Shown here piece by piece: positions 10,850 through 20,589 of a stretch of DNA of 64,000 bases. A program made the translations under genes and the position numbers. Location: the NCBI GenBank assembly GCA_964606845.1, contig CAZSIC010000004.1:205-64204 (forward strand), written 5' to 3'. The notes beneath the pieces are model-generated. The model saw nothing but the letters and a program-made list of their open reading frames with translations. It did not search any database and was not told where the DNA came from. The first letter of the stretch is position 1. Every line of letters starts with the position of its first letter. Origin of the DNA: an uncultured Bacteroidales bacterium (GTDB taxonomy: Bacteria; Bacteroidota; Bacteroidia; Bacteroidales; UBA12077).

Positions 10850-11650
10850 ATGTCAGAAAATAAACGCAAAATAGAAGTTCCTGTAATGGCTGATTTGTTT
10901 GCCAAGAACGAAAAACCCGAATATCTTTTATGGGTAGGCAGTGCAGGAGCATTCGACGATAGATATAAAAAAGTTACCCGTTCATTTATAAAAATACTAA
11001 CACACCTTAATATTAGCTATGCTGTTTTGGGTGTTGAAGAATCTTCTTCCGGAGATATTGCACGCCGTGCCGGTAATGAGATGTTGTTCCAGATGCAGGC
11101 AATGATGAATATTGAACTTTTGAATTCGTACGAGGTAAAAAAAATCATTACTTGCGACCCGCATGCATTCAACACTTTTAAAAGTGAGTATCCCGATTAT
11201 GGTGGTGAATATGAAGTAATTCATCATACACAATTTTTAAATCAGTTAATTGAAGTGGGTAAGTTAACCATCAATAGCAGCATATTTAAAAATAAAATAT
11301 TAACCTATCACGATCCGTGCTATTTAGGCCGTGCCAATGGAGAGTACGAAGCTCCCAGAAAAGTGTTGGAAGCTATTCCTTCGAAAAAAGTGGAGATGAA
11401 AAGGAATAAAAGTTTTGCTTTATGTTGTGGTGCCGGTGGCGGACAAATGTTTAAAGAAGCCGAAAAAGGTGATAAGGAAGTATTTATTGAACGTATTGAA
11501 GATGCCCTTGAAACCAAAGCCGACGTTGTAGTTACTGCATGCCCATACTGTATGGTTATGATGACCGATGGATTAAAGTACAAAAACAAAGAAGAAGAAA
11601 TCAAAAATTATGATATTGCTGAATTAATCGAATTATCATTAGAATTATAA
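10850..11650 (+). CDS. HdrB/GlpC-like CCG-domain Fe-S oxidoreductase subunit
   Basis: Two cysteine-rich CCG-type segments (ITCDPH..HDPCYLGR; ALCCGAGGG..ACPYCMVM). Confidence 0.8.
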   Translation: MSENKRKIEVPVMADLFAKNEKPEYLLWVGSAGAFDDRYKKVTRSFIKILTHLNISYAVLGVEESSSGDIARRAGNEMLFQMQAMMNIELLNSYEVKKIITCDPHAFNTFKSEYPDYGGEYEVIHHTQFLNQLIEVGKLTINSSIFKNKILTYHDPCYLGRANGEYEAPRKVLEAIPSKKVEMKRNKSFALCCGAGGGQMFKEAEKGDKEVFIERIEDALETKADVVVTACPYCMVMMTDGLKYKNKEEEIKNYDIAELIELSLEL

Positions 11651-11661
11651 ACTTTATAAAT

Positions 11662-13443
11662 ATGGAAAAAGAATTGAAAATCAGAGGTGGCGAATTTCTT
11701 TTAAAAGAAGTTGATGCCAACGATATTTTTATACCCGAAGAATTTGATGAAGAGCAACAAATGATTGCTCAAACCTGTGATGATTTTTTAGAAACCGAGG
11801 TATTTCCAAACCTTGAACGCATAGACGCTCAGGAGCCAGGTTTAATGCGCGGGATTTTACAAAAAGCTGGCGAGCTGGGGTTGTTAGGAATTTCTGTACC
11901 TGAAGAATACGAAGGTTTTGGACAGAATATTGTAACATCTATGCTTTCGGCTGATAAATTAGGTGCAGGATACTCATTCTCTGTGGCCTTTTCTGCACAT
12001 ACCGGAATAGGTTCTTTACCAATTGTATATTATGGTAACGAAGAACAAAAACAAAAATATTTATCTAAATTGGCCACTGGTGAACTTACTGCTGCATATT
12101 GTTTAACAGAACCAAATGCCGGTTCCGATGCTAACTCAGGTACTACAAAAGCTGTTTTATCCGAAGATGGTAAACATTATATCCTGAACGGACAAAAAAT
12201 GTGGATTACAAACGGTGGTTTTGCCGATGTGCAGACAGTTTTTGCAAAAATTGATAACGACAGGGTACATTCTGCGTTTATTGTTGAAAAACAATGGGAC
12301 GGAGTTGTTATTAATCCCGAAGAAAAGAAAATGGGAATTAAAGGATCATCAACAGTACAAATATTTTATAATGATGTTAAAGTACCTGTTGAGAATCTTT
12401 TAGGCCGACGAGGTGAAGGTTTTAGAATTGCACTAAATATTCTGCATATGGGCCGGTTAAAACTTGGTGCTAATGTTATAGGATTAAGTAAACGCGCTAC
12501 TACCCAATCGGTAAATTATGCCAATGAACGTAAACAGTTTGGTATGTTTATATCAAGTTTCGGGTCAATAAAACACAAATTGGCTGAGCAGGTTATTAAA
12601 GCCTTTACTAACGAATCTGCTGTTTACCGTGCAACCAAAGATGTTGATGTGGTTGCTGAATTAAACAAAGCTGCCGGAAAAGAATATGGCCCTGCTAATA
12701 TGGAAGCATTTGCTGAGTTCGCTCCCGAAGCGGCTATTATGAAAGTTTATGGGTCCGAATCACTCGATTATATTGTCGATGAAACCGTTCAAATAATGGG
12801 TGGCATGGGTTTTTCTGCCGAAATGCCTGCGGACAGAGCTTACAGAGACTCACGTATTAACAGGATATTTGAAGGAACCAACGAGATTAACCGTATCCTT
12901 ATTGCCGATACAATTATTAAACGAGGACAAAAAGGTGTAATAAAATTGTTTGATAAAGCTAAAGAAGTTTTAGCCGGATTGGATAATGTGTCTGATAATT
13001 ATGAACCTAAAGGTTATTTCGAAGATAAATCTTTCTTTATTTCTAACTTTAAAAATCTTGCTTTAATCCTTATTGAAGCAGCGGTGAGTAAATTTCAACG
13101 CAAATTGGTTCACGAGCAGGAGATTATTAATAGTATTGCGGATATTATTATGATGACTTATGTTGCAGAATCTACCATGCTTCGAATCAAAAAACTCGAA
13201 TCGATTAAAACACCTGAGGATATAAAATTATATAAGGATATCCTTGATGTATATGTTTTTGAAACCGCTGCAGAAATGTATAAGCATGCATTGGATGCTG
13301 TTTATTCTATCGACGATGAGGAATTACCGGAAAAGCTTATTAAGGGTGTTCTGGTTTACACAAAAGTTCCAGGAGTTAATACTAAAGATGCACGCAGAAG
13401 AATAGCAGATAAATTAATCGAAGAGAATAAATATTGTTATTAA
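11662..13443 (+). CDS. Acyl-CoA dehydrogenase, long form
   Basis: 593 aa. ACAD core (CLTEPNAGSD, GMGFSAE, RIFEGTNEI) plus a C-terminal extension. Confidence 0.9.
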   Translation: MEKELKIRGGEFLLKEVDANDIFIPEEFDEEQQMIAQTCDDFLETEVFPNLERIDAQEPGLMRGILQKAGELGLLGISVPEEYEGFGQNIVTSMLSADKLGAGYSFSVAFSAHTGIGSLPIVYYGNEEQKQKYLSKLATGELTAAYCLTEPNAGSDANSGTTKAVLSEDGKHYILNGQKMWITNGGFADVQTVFAKIDNDRVHSAFIVEKQWDGVVINPEEKKMGIKGSSTVQIFYNDVKVPVENLLGRRGEGFRIALNILHMGRLKLGANVIGLSKRATTQSVNYANERKQFGMFISSFGSIKHKLAEQVIKAFTNESAVYRATKDVDVVAELNKAAGKEYGPANMEAFAEFAPEAAIMKVYGSESLDYIVDETVQIMGGMGFSAEMPADRAYRDSRINRIFEGTNEINRILIADTIIKRGQKGVIKLFDKAKEVLAGLDNVSDNYEPKGYFEDKSFFISNFKNLALILIEAAVSKFQRKLVHEQEIINSIADIIMMTYVAESTMLRIKKLESIKTPEDIKLYKDILDVYVFETAAEMYKHALDAVYSIDDEELPEKLIKGVLVYTKVPGVNTKDARRRIADKLIEENKYCY

Positions 13444-13463
13444 AATATTTCTAATCTATATTT

Positions 13464-13495
13464 AAACTCCTTGTCAAATGATAAGGAGTTTTTTC
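13464..13495 (+). terminator. Rho-independent terminator
   Basis: Stem aaactcctt/aaggagttt followed by a T-run. Confidence 0.6.
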
Positions 13496-13547
13496 ATGTT
13501 TTGATTGCTGAATAATTTCGATTAATTTTATGTTTTAATCAGAAGAA

Positions 13548-14342
13548 ATGAAAAATCATAAAATCTTTGAAAATGGAATTGTAATTATTGGAGCAGGCAA
13601 TGTTGCCACTCATATTGCTTTGGCTTTAAAAAAATCAGGTTATGCGATTAAATATATTTACAGTAAAACAGAAAAATCGGCTCGAATTCTGGCTGATAAA
13701 ACAGGTGTTTCTTATACAACAAGTTTGAAGAAATTACCAATAGATGCCGATTTATACATTGTTTCTGTGAAAGATTCTGTAATTGAAGAAGTTGCTGAGG
13801 AGATGAAAGTTAAAAATGGAATAGTTGTCCATACTGCAGGCAGTCTTTCAATAAATATTTTACAACCTTTTTTCAAAAATTTTGGTGTATTTTATCCCTT
13901 GCAAACATTTACAAAAAACAGAAAGATAGATTTTTTTGAAGTGCCCCTTTGTGTTGAAGCGAATAACAGTAATAATGAGAATAAACTTTTAGCATTGGCC
14001 AAAAGTCTAAGTAAAAGAGCGGAGTTAATAAATTCTGATGAAAGAAAAATTTTGCATTTAGCGGCAGTATTTGCATGTAACTTTACAAACCACATGTATA
14101 GCATTGGTTATGAGTTACTAAAGTCAGAAAAGATTAATTTTGAGTTGCTGCATCCGTTAATTAATGAAACGGCAAAAAAAGCAAATGAGATGAATCCCAT
14201 AGATGCACAAACCGGCCCGGCAGCTCGTAATGATAAAAAAACCATTGATATGCATCTTAAAATGCTCAAAGATTATCCTGGATTTGAAAAAATATATAGA
14301 TTTGTGAGCGATAGTATTTATAATTTAAATAACGAAGACTGA
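13548..14342 (+). CDS. Rossmann-fold / DUF2520-like putative oxidoreductase
   Basis: N-terminal IIGAGNVA dinucleotide fold. The C-terminal LHLAAVFACNF region is typical of DUF2520 proteins (recalled from memory). Confidence 0.6.
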   Translation: MKNHKIFENGIVIIGAGNVATHIALALKKSGYAIKYIYSKTEKSARILADKTGVSYTTSLKKLPIDADLYIVSVKDSVIEEVAEEMKVKNGIVVHTAGSLSINILQPFFKNFGVFYPLQTFTKNRKIDFFEVPLCVEANNSNNENKLLALAKSLSKRAELINSDERKILHLAAVFACNFTNHMYSIGYELLKSEKINFELLHPLINETAKKANEMNPIDAQTGPAARNDKKTIDMHLKMLKDYPGFEKIYRFVSDSIYNLNNED

Positions 14343-14353
14343 AATTTTTTATA

Positions 14354-14863
14354 ATGGCAAATTTTAAAGAAGACCTACGCAACATAAAAGCTTTTGTTTT
14401 TGATATAGATGGTGTTTTTACCGATGGGCAAATATATCTTGAACCGGGCGGAGAATTTTTGCGTTCAGTAAATATGAAAGATGGTTATGCTGTTAGTTAC
14501 GCCATAAAACAGGGATATATTATTGGAATTATTTCTGGAGGTGATTCACAGGCTACAAAAAAACGATTCCAATATTTGGGGATAACAGATATTTACATGG
14601 GATCAAGAGATAAAGTGAATGATTTCGAAGATTTTTATTTTAAATACGGATTAAAACCTGAAGAAATACTTTATATGGGCGATGATTTGCCCGATTATGA
14701 GGTAATGCAAATTACAGGATTACCAACTTGCCCGGCTGATGCCGCTGAAGAGATTAAGTCCATATCAAAATACATTTCTACTTTTCCGGGAGGAAGAGGA
14801 TGTGTACGCGATGTAATTGAGCAGGTTTTGCGGTTACAAGGTAAATGGCGTAAATTTGAATAA
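14354..14863 (+). CDS. kdsC: KDO 8-phosphate phosphatase (HAD-IIIA)
   Basis: 169 aa with FDIDGVFTDG and GDDLPD HAD motifs. Confidence 0.8.
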   Translation: MANFKEDLRNIKAFVFDIDGVFTDGQIYLEPGGEFLRSVNMKDGYAVSYAIKQGYIIGIISGGDSQATKKRFQYLGITDIYMGSRDKVNDFEDFYFKYGLKPEEILYMGDDLPDYEVMQITGLPTCPADAAEEIKSISKYISTFPGGRGCVRDVIEQVLRLQGKWRKFE

Positions 14864-14874
14864 TCCTTTTTGTT

Positions 14875-15825
14875 ATGATAAACTTTTTAAGGCTTATAAG
14901 ATACAAAAATCTGTTAATCATTATTTTAACGCAATACTTAATGCGTTGGAGTATTATTAAGCCTTTGTTGAAAGTAAATCAATTTGAATTACAATTTTCA
15001 GAGCTGCATTTTTTCTTTTTGGTTATGGCAACAGTTTTAATTACTGCTGCTGGATATGTTATCAACGATTATTTCGATACCAAAACCGACCTGTTAAATC
15101 GACCCGAAACGGTTATTTTGGGCCGAAGTTTAAATCGCCGTTGGGCAATTCTTTTGCATATCATCTTTAATACCATTGGCATTGGATTGGGAGCTTATAT
15201 ATCATTTTATATCGGATTGCCCATTCTTACACTTGTCTTTATAATGATTACAGGAATACTGTGGTTTTATTCTACCACTTATAAACGCCAGTTTTTAATC
15301 GGAAATGTTATTGTGGCTTTTTTAACAGCACTGGTTCCTTTAATGGTTTTATTATTTGAAATACCTCTTTTGCGAGAGGAATATGGACTTTTAATGCTTG
15401 AGCTTCAGGCAAACTTTAATTATATCATACTCTCGGTTACCGCTTTTTCTTTTTATGCTTTTATATTAACACTTATTCGTGAAATTATTAAAGATATCGA
15501 AGATTTTGAAGGAGACCGCGCCTATGGCCGAAATACATTGCCCATTGTGCTTGGTGTAACAAGTTCAAAAATCATTATTATTTCTTTTATTTTGTTAACA
15601 CAATTTTCATTGATATATGTGTATTTTAGATTTCTTAAAGACCCCATTACACTTTTATATTTTAGTGTATTTTTAATTATTCCATTATTAATTTTATTGT
15701 ATAAGGTTTTTGTAGCCAAAGAAAAAACAGATTACCATTTTGCCAGTAACCTGTCTAAAGTTATCATGCTTGCAGGTATAATCTATGCATTAGTAGCCAA
15801 TTATTTGATTTTACAACACTTTTAA
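14875..15825 (+). CDS. UbiA-family prenyltransferase
   Basis: Polytopic membrane protein with Asp-rich motifs NDYFDTKTD and DIEDFEGD. Confidence 0.8.
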   Translation: MINFLRLIRYKNLLIIILTQYLMRWSIIKPLLKVNQFELQFSELHFFFLVMATVLITAAGYVINDYFDTKTDLLNRPETVILGRSLNRRWAILLHIIFNTIGIGLGAYISFYIGLPILTLVFIMITGILWFYSTTYKRQFLIGNVIVAFLTALVPLMVLLFEIPLLREEYGLLMLELQANFNYIILSVTAFSFYAFILTLIREIIKDIEDFEGDRAYGRNTLPIVLGVTSSKIIIISFILLTQFSLIYVYFRFLKDPITLLYFSVFLIIPLLILLYKVFVAKEKTDYHFASNLSKVIMLAGIIYALVANYLILQHF

Positions 15826-15838
15826 TTTTTTGATTTCT

Positions 15839-16438
15839 ATGTTTATCCCCGGAATAGAGAATTATCGTATTATCTTAGGGTCTGAATCACCCAGGCGGCA
15901 TTATTTGCTTAAAGAAATCGGGCTTGATTTTGAAATCAAAAAAAAACAATTTATTGATGAATCTTATCCCGAAAATCTTGTTCGTGAGGAGATTCCCTTG
16001 TTTATTGCTGAAAAAAAAGCCAGTGTTTTTGATGAGGAACTGGATGATGATGAAATTGTAATTACCGCTGATACCATTGTATGGCTTAATAATAAAATAT
16101 TACAAAAGCCGGTTGATTACGATGATGCCATTAAAATTTTAAAAGAACTTTCTGGAAAATGCCATCAGGTTTATACTGGTGTTTGTATCAAGTCAAAACA
16201 CAAAATTCATTCATTTACTGCTTGCACACATGTTTATTTCCGTAAATTAACTTTTCCCGAAATAGATCATTATATAGTTCACTACCAGCCATATGACAAG
16301 GCCGGCGCATACGGCATCCAGGAATGGATAGGATATATTGGAGTAGAAAAGATTAAAGGCTCGTTTTTTAATGTAATGGGGTTACCCATTCAAAAATTAT
16401 ATACCGAACTGGATCAATTTATAAACATTAACGAATAA
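15839..16438 (+). CDS. maf: Maf-like nucleoside triphosphate pyrophosphatase
   Basis: LGSESPRR motif and about 200 aa. The ATG at 15839 is preferred over the TTG at 15830. Confidence 0.85.
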   Translation: MFIPGIENYRIILGSESPRRHYLLKEIGLDFEIKKKQFIDESYPENLVREEIPLFIAEKKASVFDEELDDDEIVITADTIVWLNNKILQKPVDYDDAIKILKELSGKCHQVYTGVCIKSKHKIHSFTACTHVYFRKLTFPEIDHYIVHYQPYDKAGAYGIQEWIGYIGVEKIKGSFFNVMGLPIQKLYTELDQFININE

Positions 16439-16442
16439 AATC

Positions 16443-18584
16443 ATGAAAAAAATTAAACTCTTATTTTTAGCAGCACTTTTATTAACCTTCAAATTTTCAA
16501 CAGCTGACGAAGGGATGTGGATTCCCTTGTTAATTGAGAAATACAATATTGAGGATATGCAGTCTAAAGGATTTAAATTGACGGCTGAAGATATCTATAG
16601 TATTAATCAGGATTGTTTAAAAGATGCGATTATCATTTTTGGCCGCGGATGCACCGGAGAATTAATATCAGACAAAGGATTAATTCTTACCAATCACCAT
16701 TGCGGTTATGGAGCCATACAAAGTCACAGCTCGGTTGATCATGATTACTTAACCGATGGTTTTTGGGCCATGTCGCAAGACGAAGAGTTGCCAAATCCCG
16801 GACTTACTGCTACATTTCTTAAAAGAATGGAGGATGTTACTAATCAGGTTTTAGAGGGTGTAAAAGATGAAATGAGTGAAGATGAACGTAACAGGATAAT
16901 CAATGAAAATATAAAAAGGATTCGGCAGCAAGCTGAAAAAGATAATGACTACAATGCTTCGGTAAGATCTTTTTATTATGGGAATCAGTATTTCTTATTT
17001 GTATATGAAGTATATCAAGATGTCCGGTTGGTAGGAGCACCACCTTCAGCAATTGGTAAGTTTGGTGGTGATACAGATAACTGGATGTGGCCAAGACATA
17101 CGGGCGATTTTTCCATTTTTAGAATATATGCCGATAAAAATAACCAGCCCGCTGAATATTCATCCGAAAATGTTCCTTATAAGCCTAAAAAGCACTTGCC
17201 TGTTTCAATCAAAGGAATTAATGAAGGGGATTTTACCATGGTCTTAGGTTATCCTGGTGGCACATCTCAATATGTTACATCTGATGAAATAAAATGGATT
17301 AAAGATATTAGCAATCCTAATAAAATTGAATTAAGAGATATTCGTTTAGAGGAAATGAATAAATATATAGAAAATAATGATACCATTCGTATAAAATATG
17401 CTTCTAAAAGTGCAGGAGTGAGTAATTCTTGGAAAAGATGGAAAGGTGAAATTATTGGATTGGAAAGGCTGAATGTTGTTGAGAAAAAGATGGAATTGGA
17501 ATATAAATTTAGAAAATGGGCTGAATCTAATCATAAAGAGTATGTTGGACTGCTCGAAGAATTTTCAAATGCTTACAACGAGCTGGAAAAATACAATATT
17601 GCTTATGATTATTATCGGGAAGCGATATTGGCTGTTGAAATTGTTCGATTTGCCTCCAGATTTAGCGATATCATTGAAATGTCAGAATCAGGAGTAGAAA
17701 ATGAAAAATTGCAAAAAGAACTGGAAGATATACAGCATCAGGCAGCAGATTTCTTTAAAGATTATGAGCAGAAAATTGACCACGAAATTTTTGCCAGGCT
17801 ATTACCTTTTTATTATTCGAATGTTTCCAATGAGTTCCATCCGGATTTAAGTACTTTAAATTTTTCAGGCGATTACGAAAACTTTGTTTCCAGCTTATAT
17901 TCAAAATCTGTATTTAACAAAAAGAAAGATTTAAAAGAGATTTTAAGTGTTGATAATATAGATAAAATCAGTAATCTTGAGAATGATGTAATATTTGAAT
18001 TTTATCAAAAATTTAATGATGTATATAGAAAGGATATAAAGCCTGTAAGGGATTCTTTGCGTAATATAACACAAATTTTATACAGGGATTATATGAAAGG
18101 TTTGATGGAAATGAAAGAAGATAAAATTTTATTCCCTGATGCTAATTTTACCATGCGTGTATCTTATGGTGAGATAAGTGGTTCTTATCCGCGTGATGGC
18201 ATAAAATATATTTATTATACTACCCTTGATGGTGTAATGGAAAAAGATAATCCGGATATCTATGATTATGATGTTCCCGAGAAATTGAAAATGATTTATG
18301 CTGATAAAGATTTTGGAAGATATGAAGTTAATGGAACTGTTCCGGTATGTTTCATTGCTACAAATCATACTACGGGAGGTAATTCTGGCAGCCCAGTGTT
18401 GGATGCAGAAGGAAATTTGATCGGTTTAAATTTTGACCGTGCATGGGAGGGAATTATGAGCGATATGGTTTTCGACCCCGAACAAAGCAGAAACATTTCA
18501 GTAGATATCCGTTATGTATTGTTTCTTATTGATAAATATGCCGGAGCAACTCATTTGCTTGATGAGATGACAATTATTGAGTAA
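16443..18584 (+). CDS. S46-family dipeptidyl-peptidase (DPP7/DPP11-like)
   Basis: Signal peptide, then DEGMW. Catalytic His (TNHHCG) and Ser (GGNSGSPV). 713 aa. Confidence 0.9.
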   Translation: MKKIKLLFLAALLLTFKFSTADEGMWIPLLIEKYNIEDMQSKGFKLTAEDIYSINQDCLKDAIIIFGRGCTGELISDKGLILTNHHCGYGAIQSHSSVDHDYLTDGFWAMSQDEELPNPGLTATFLKRMEDVTNQVLEGVKDEMSEDERNRIINENIKRIRQQAEKDNDYNASVRSFYYGNQYFLFVYEVYQDVRLVGAPPSAIGKFGGDTDNWMWPRHTGDFSIFRIYADKNNQPAEYSSENVPYKPKKHLPVSIKGINEGDFTMVLGYPGGTSQYVTSDEIKWIKDISNPNKIELRDIRLEEMNKYIENNDTIRIKYASKSAGVSNSWKRWKGEIIGLERLNVVEKKMELEYKFRKWAESNHKEYVGLLEEFSNAYNELEKYNIAYDYYREAILAVEIVRFASRFSDIIEMSESGVENEKLQKELEDIQHQAADFFKDYEQKIDHEIFARLLPFYYSNVSNEFHPDLSTLNFSGDYENFVSSLYSKSVFNKKKDLKEILSVDNIDKISNLENDVIFEFYQKFNDVYRKDIKPVRDSLRNITQILYRDYMKGLMEMKEDKILFPDANFTMRVSYGEISGSYPRDGIKYIYYTTLDGVMEKDNPDIYDYDVPEKLKMIYADKDFGRYEVNGTVPVCFIATNHTTGGNSGSPVLDAEGNLIGLNFDRAWEGIMSDMVFDPEQSRNISVDIRYVLFLIDKYAGATHLLDEMTIIE

Positions 18585-18613
18585 GAAATATTGAATATTT
18601 TATCAATTATGAA

Positions 18614-18776
18614 GGTGCTCTCCAAAAAGTCTTTGTGGGACTTCGTGATTCCTTTGAGTGACTTTGTGGTATAATCTTAAAGTATTGATACGCAGAGTTT
18701 CGCAAAGAAGTAGCAAAGTTTCGCTAAGCAAATGAATAATCAATTTATCATTTTTAAATACTTTTTGGACAGTTCC
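18614..18776. repeat. 163-nt inverted-repeat element
   Basis: Terminal inverted repeats ggtgctctccaaaaagt / actttttggacagttcc (14 of 17 complementary). The inner ctttgtgg.. units mirror the ..cgcaaag units on the other arm. Confidence 0.45.
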
Positions 18777-18858
18777 TTTTTGATTTTTTATCGAAAATTT
18801 GTTTTGTTTAAACGATGTTTTTGTAACTTTATTTTCTAATAATCAAAGCTTTTAGATT

Positions 18859-19890
18859 ATGAGTCAGGTTCAATTACGAATTAATGGAAAAGGTAATGCC
18901 TGGCCGGTTATTCTGGGGCAGGAACACCCATTTTATGATCGTGCTGATTATAAAGATTTGGCAAATGCTTCCTGTTCAATTTTTCAATATAAAAATAATT
19001 CAGGGCAAAAATCTATTGAATGGGAACTTATTATAGATGTTGGACATGGGACCGTTCAATATTTGCTGCAGCATGAAAATCGAATTCCTGAAGCGATACT
19101 TCTTACGCATCCGCACATCGATCATATTTTAGGAATTGACTGGATTATACAAAGTTATTATAAAACTTTTCAAAAGCCTTATCCGGTTTATGCTTCAATT
19201 TTAACCTGGAAAAAAACATTGACCGCATTTCCTCATTTAGAAACATTGGTTAATTTTACTGAGCTTAAGCCATTTATTTCTACAATTATAAAAGAAGTTC
19301 CCGGTCTTCAGGTAACAGCTTACCCTGTTTATCATGGACAAACTGCCGAAGGTGCTGCAATGCTATTGTTTGAAACAAATAATAAAAAAATATTAATAAC
19401 CGGGGATGTTTTATGTCCATTATTGCGGAAAGATGATTTTGAAAATTTATCCAATATCGACCTTATGGTTACTGATGCCAATAACCGCTTTCCTTATCCT
19501 GGAAGTAATCATTGGAGTATTATTAAAGACTTTGAGAACAAGGAATCGGAAATTTTAGTAAATTTTACTCAACAAATATCCCTGGGAACATTACTTTCGC
19601 CTCACATTAAAGCTTTTGCTCCGGTAAACTATACCAACTGTTTCGATTATTTTTTTGACAAAAAGATAGCTATTAAAGATTTTATTTTTGATATTATAAG
19701 TTTTGTGAAAAAGGTTAAGCCAGGAAATATTGTTTTTGTTCATTATAGTGGAACCGAAGATGAAAAATATTATCGGCAGCCAATCTTAAATCCCTCAGAG
19801 TTAAAATCATGGATTATAAAAGAATTTTGTAACCATGGTGTTGAATCTTCTGTAATAGTACCTTATGTTGGACAACATACAAAAATATAA
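18859..19890 (+). CDS. MBL-fold metallo-hydrolase
   Basis: HPHIDH (HxHxDH) motif. 343 aa. Confidence 0.75.
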   Translation: MSQVQLRINGKGNAWPVILGQEHPFYDRADYKDLANASCSIFQYKNNSGQKSIEWELIIDVGHGTVQYLLQHENRIPEAILLTHPHIDHILGIDWIIQSYYKTFQKPYPVYASILTWKKTLTAFPHLETLVNFTELKPFISTIIKEVPGLQVTAYPVYHGQTAEGAAMLLFETNNKKILITGDVLCPLLRKDDFENLSNIDLMVTDANNRFPYPGSNHWSIIKDFENKESEILVNFTQQISLGTLLSPHIKAFAPVNYTNCFDYFFDKKIAIKDFIFDIISFVKKVKPGNIVFVHYSGTEDEKYYRQPILNPSELKSWIIKEFCNHGVESSVIVPYVGQHTKI

Positions 19891-20034
19891 TAAATTGGAA
19901 ATTAGAACTTTGTGAGTTATACTGACTCCGACACATGACTTTTATCATGTATTTGTATAATAAATGTCATATTCTTGTCTTTGAATGAATTCTATATTTA
20001 ATCAAGAAATTTAAATGATAAAGTATATTTTTTG

Positions 20035-20050
20035 TGTTATTTAATTAACA
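20035..20050. promoter_or_regulatory. Rex-type operator TGTTAT-TTAA-TTAACA
   Basis: Inverted repeat TGTTA-N6-TAACA ending 42 nt upstream of the ATG at 20092. Confidence 0.5.
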
Positions 20051-20091
20051 CTGTTAAAGAAATAACAATAACTAAATTAAACGAGATCAAC

Positions 20092-20559
20092 ATGCCAGAA
20101 ATTAAAGAATTAGTTAAGCAATTAGCTGACAAGCACGGAAGAACAAGAGAGAGTTTACTTCCTATCTTGCGAGGCATTATTACTGAGGAAAGATATGTCT
20201 CAGATTTTGCTATGACAGAAGTTGCACGTGAACTTGATATGTCTGCTGCACTTGTTTACGGTACAGCAACATTCTACTCGTTCCTTGATACGGAACCACG
20301 TGGCGAATATGTAATTCGCTTATGCAGAACAATTACATGCGATATGAAAGGGAAAAAGCAAATCTTAAAAACACTGGAAGATTTGTTAAAAGTTAAAGTT
20401 GGTGAAACAACTAAAGATAACAAGTTTACTCTTTTAGAAACAAATTGTCTTGGTTGGTGCCACAAAGGCCCTGCAATGCTTATTAATGATGAATCATACA
20501 CCGAACTCACTACCGAAATGGTTAGTGATATTATTGGTGATTATATGAAAAATAAGTAG
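20092..20559 (+). CDS. hydC: NuoE-like [2Fe-2S] subunit of an [FeFe]-hydrogenase
   Basis: Cys pattern C..TC and C..WC (RLCRTITC, NCLGWC). ATG at 20092 chosen, because the TTG at 20032 would cover the operator. Confidence 0.85.
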   Translation: MPEIKELVKQLADKHGRTRESLLPILRGIITEERYVSDFAMTEVARELDMSAALVYGTATFYSFLDTEPRGEYVIRLCRTITCDMKGKKQILKTLEDLLKVKVGETTKDNKFTLLETNCLGWCHKGPAMLINDESYTELTTEMVSDIIGDYMKNK

Positions 20560-20589
20560 TTTTTAATCAATTAAAGGAGATAATAAATT

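Noticed and set aside
19933-19950. Small hairpin ACATGA-N6-TCATGT after the MBL-fold hydrolase gene as a terminator.
   Set aside because: The stem is only 6 bp and AT-rich, with a poor T-tract. This is too weak to call.
20032-20091. N-terminal extensions in the ORF track: hydC1 from the TTG at 20032, hypE from 51777, hypA from 52930, the ferredoxin from 45683, hydC2 from the TTG at 62295, maf from the TTG at 15830.
   Set aside because: The extensions overlap upstream genes or operator sites and add non-homologous residues. The internal ATGs give canonical N-termini (MHE for HypA, and an ATGA-type overlap for HypE).
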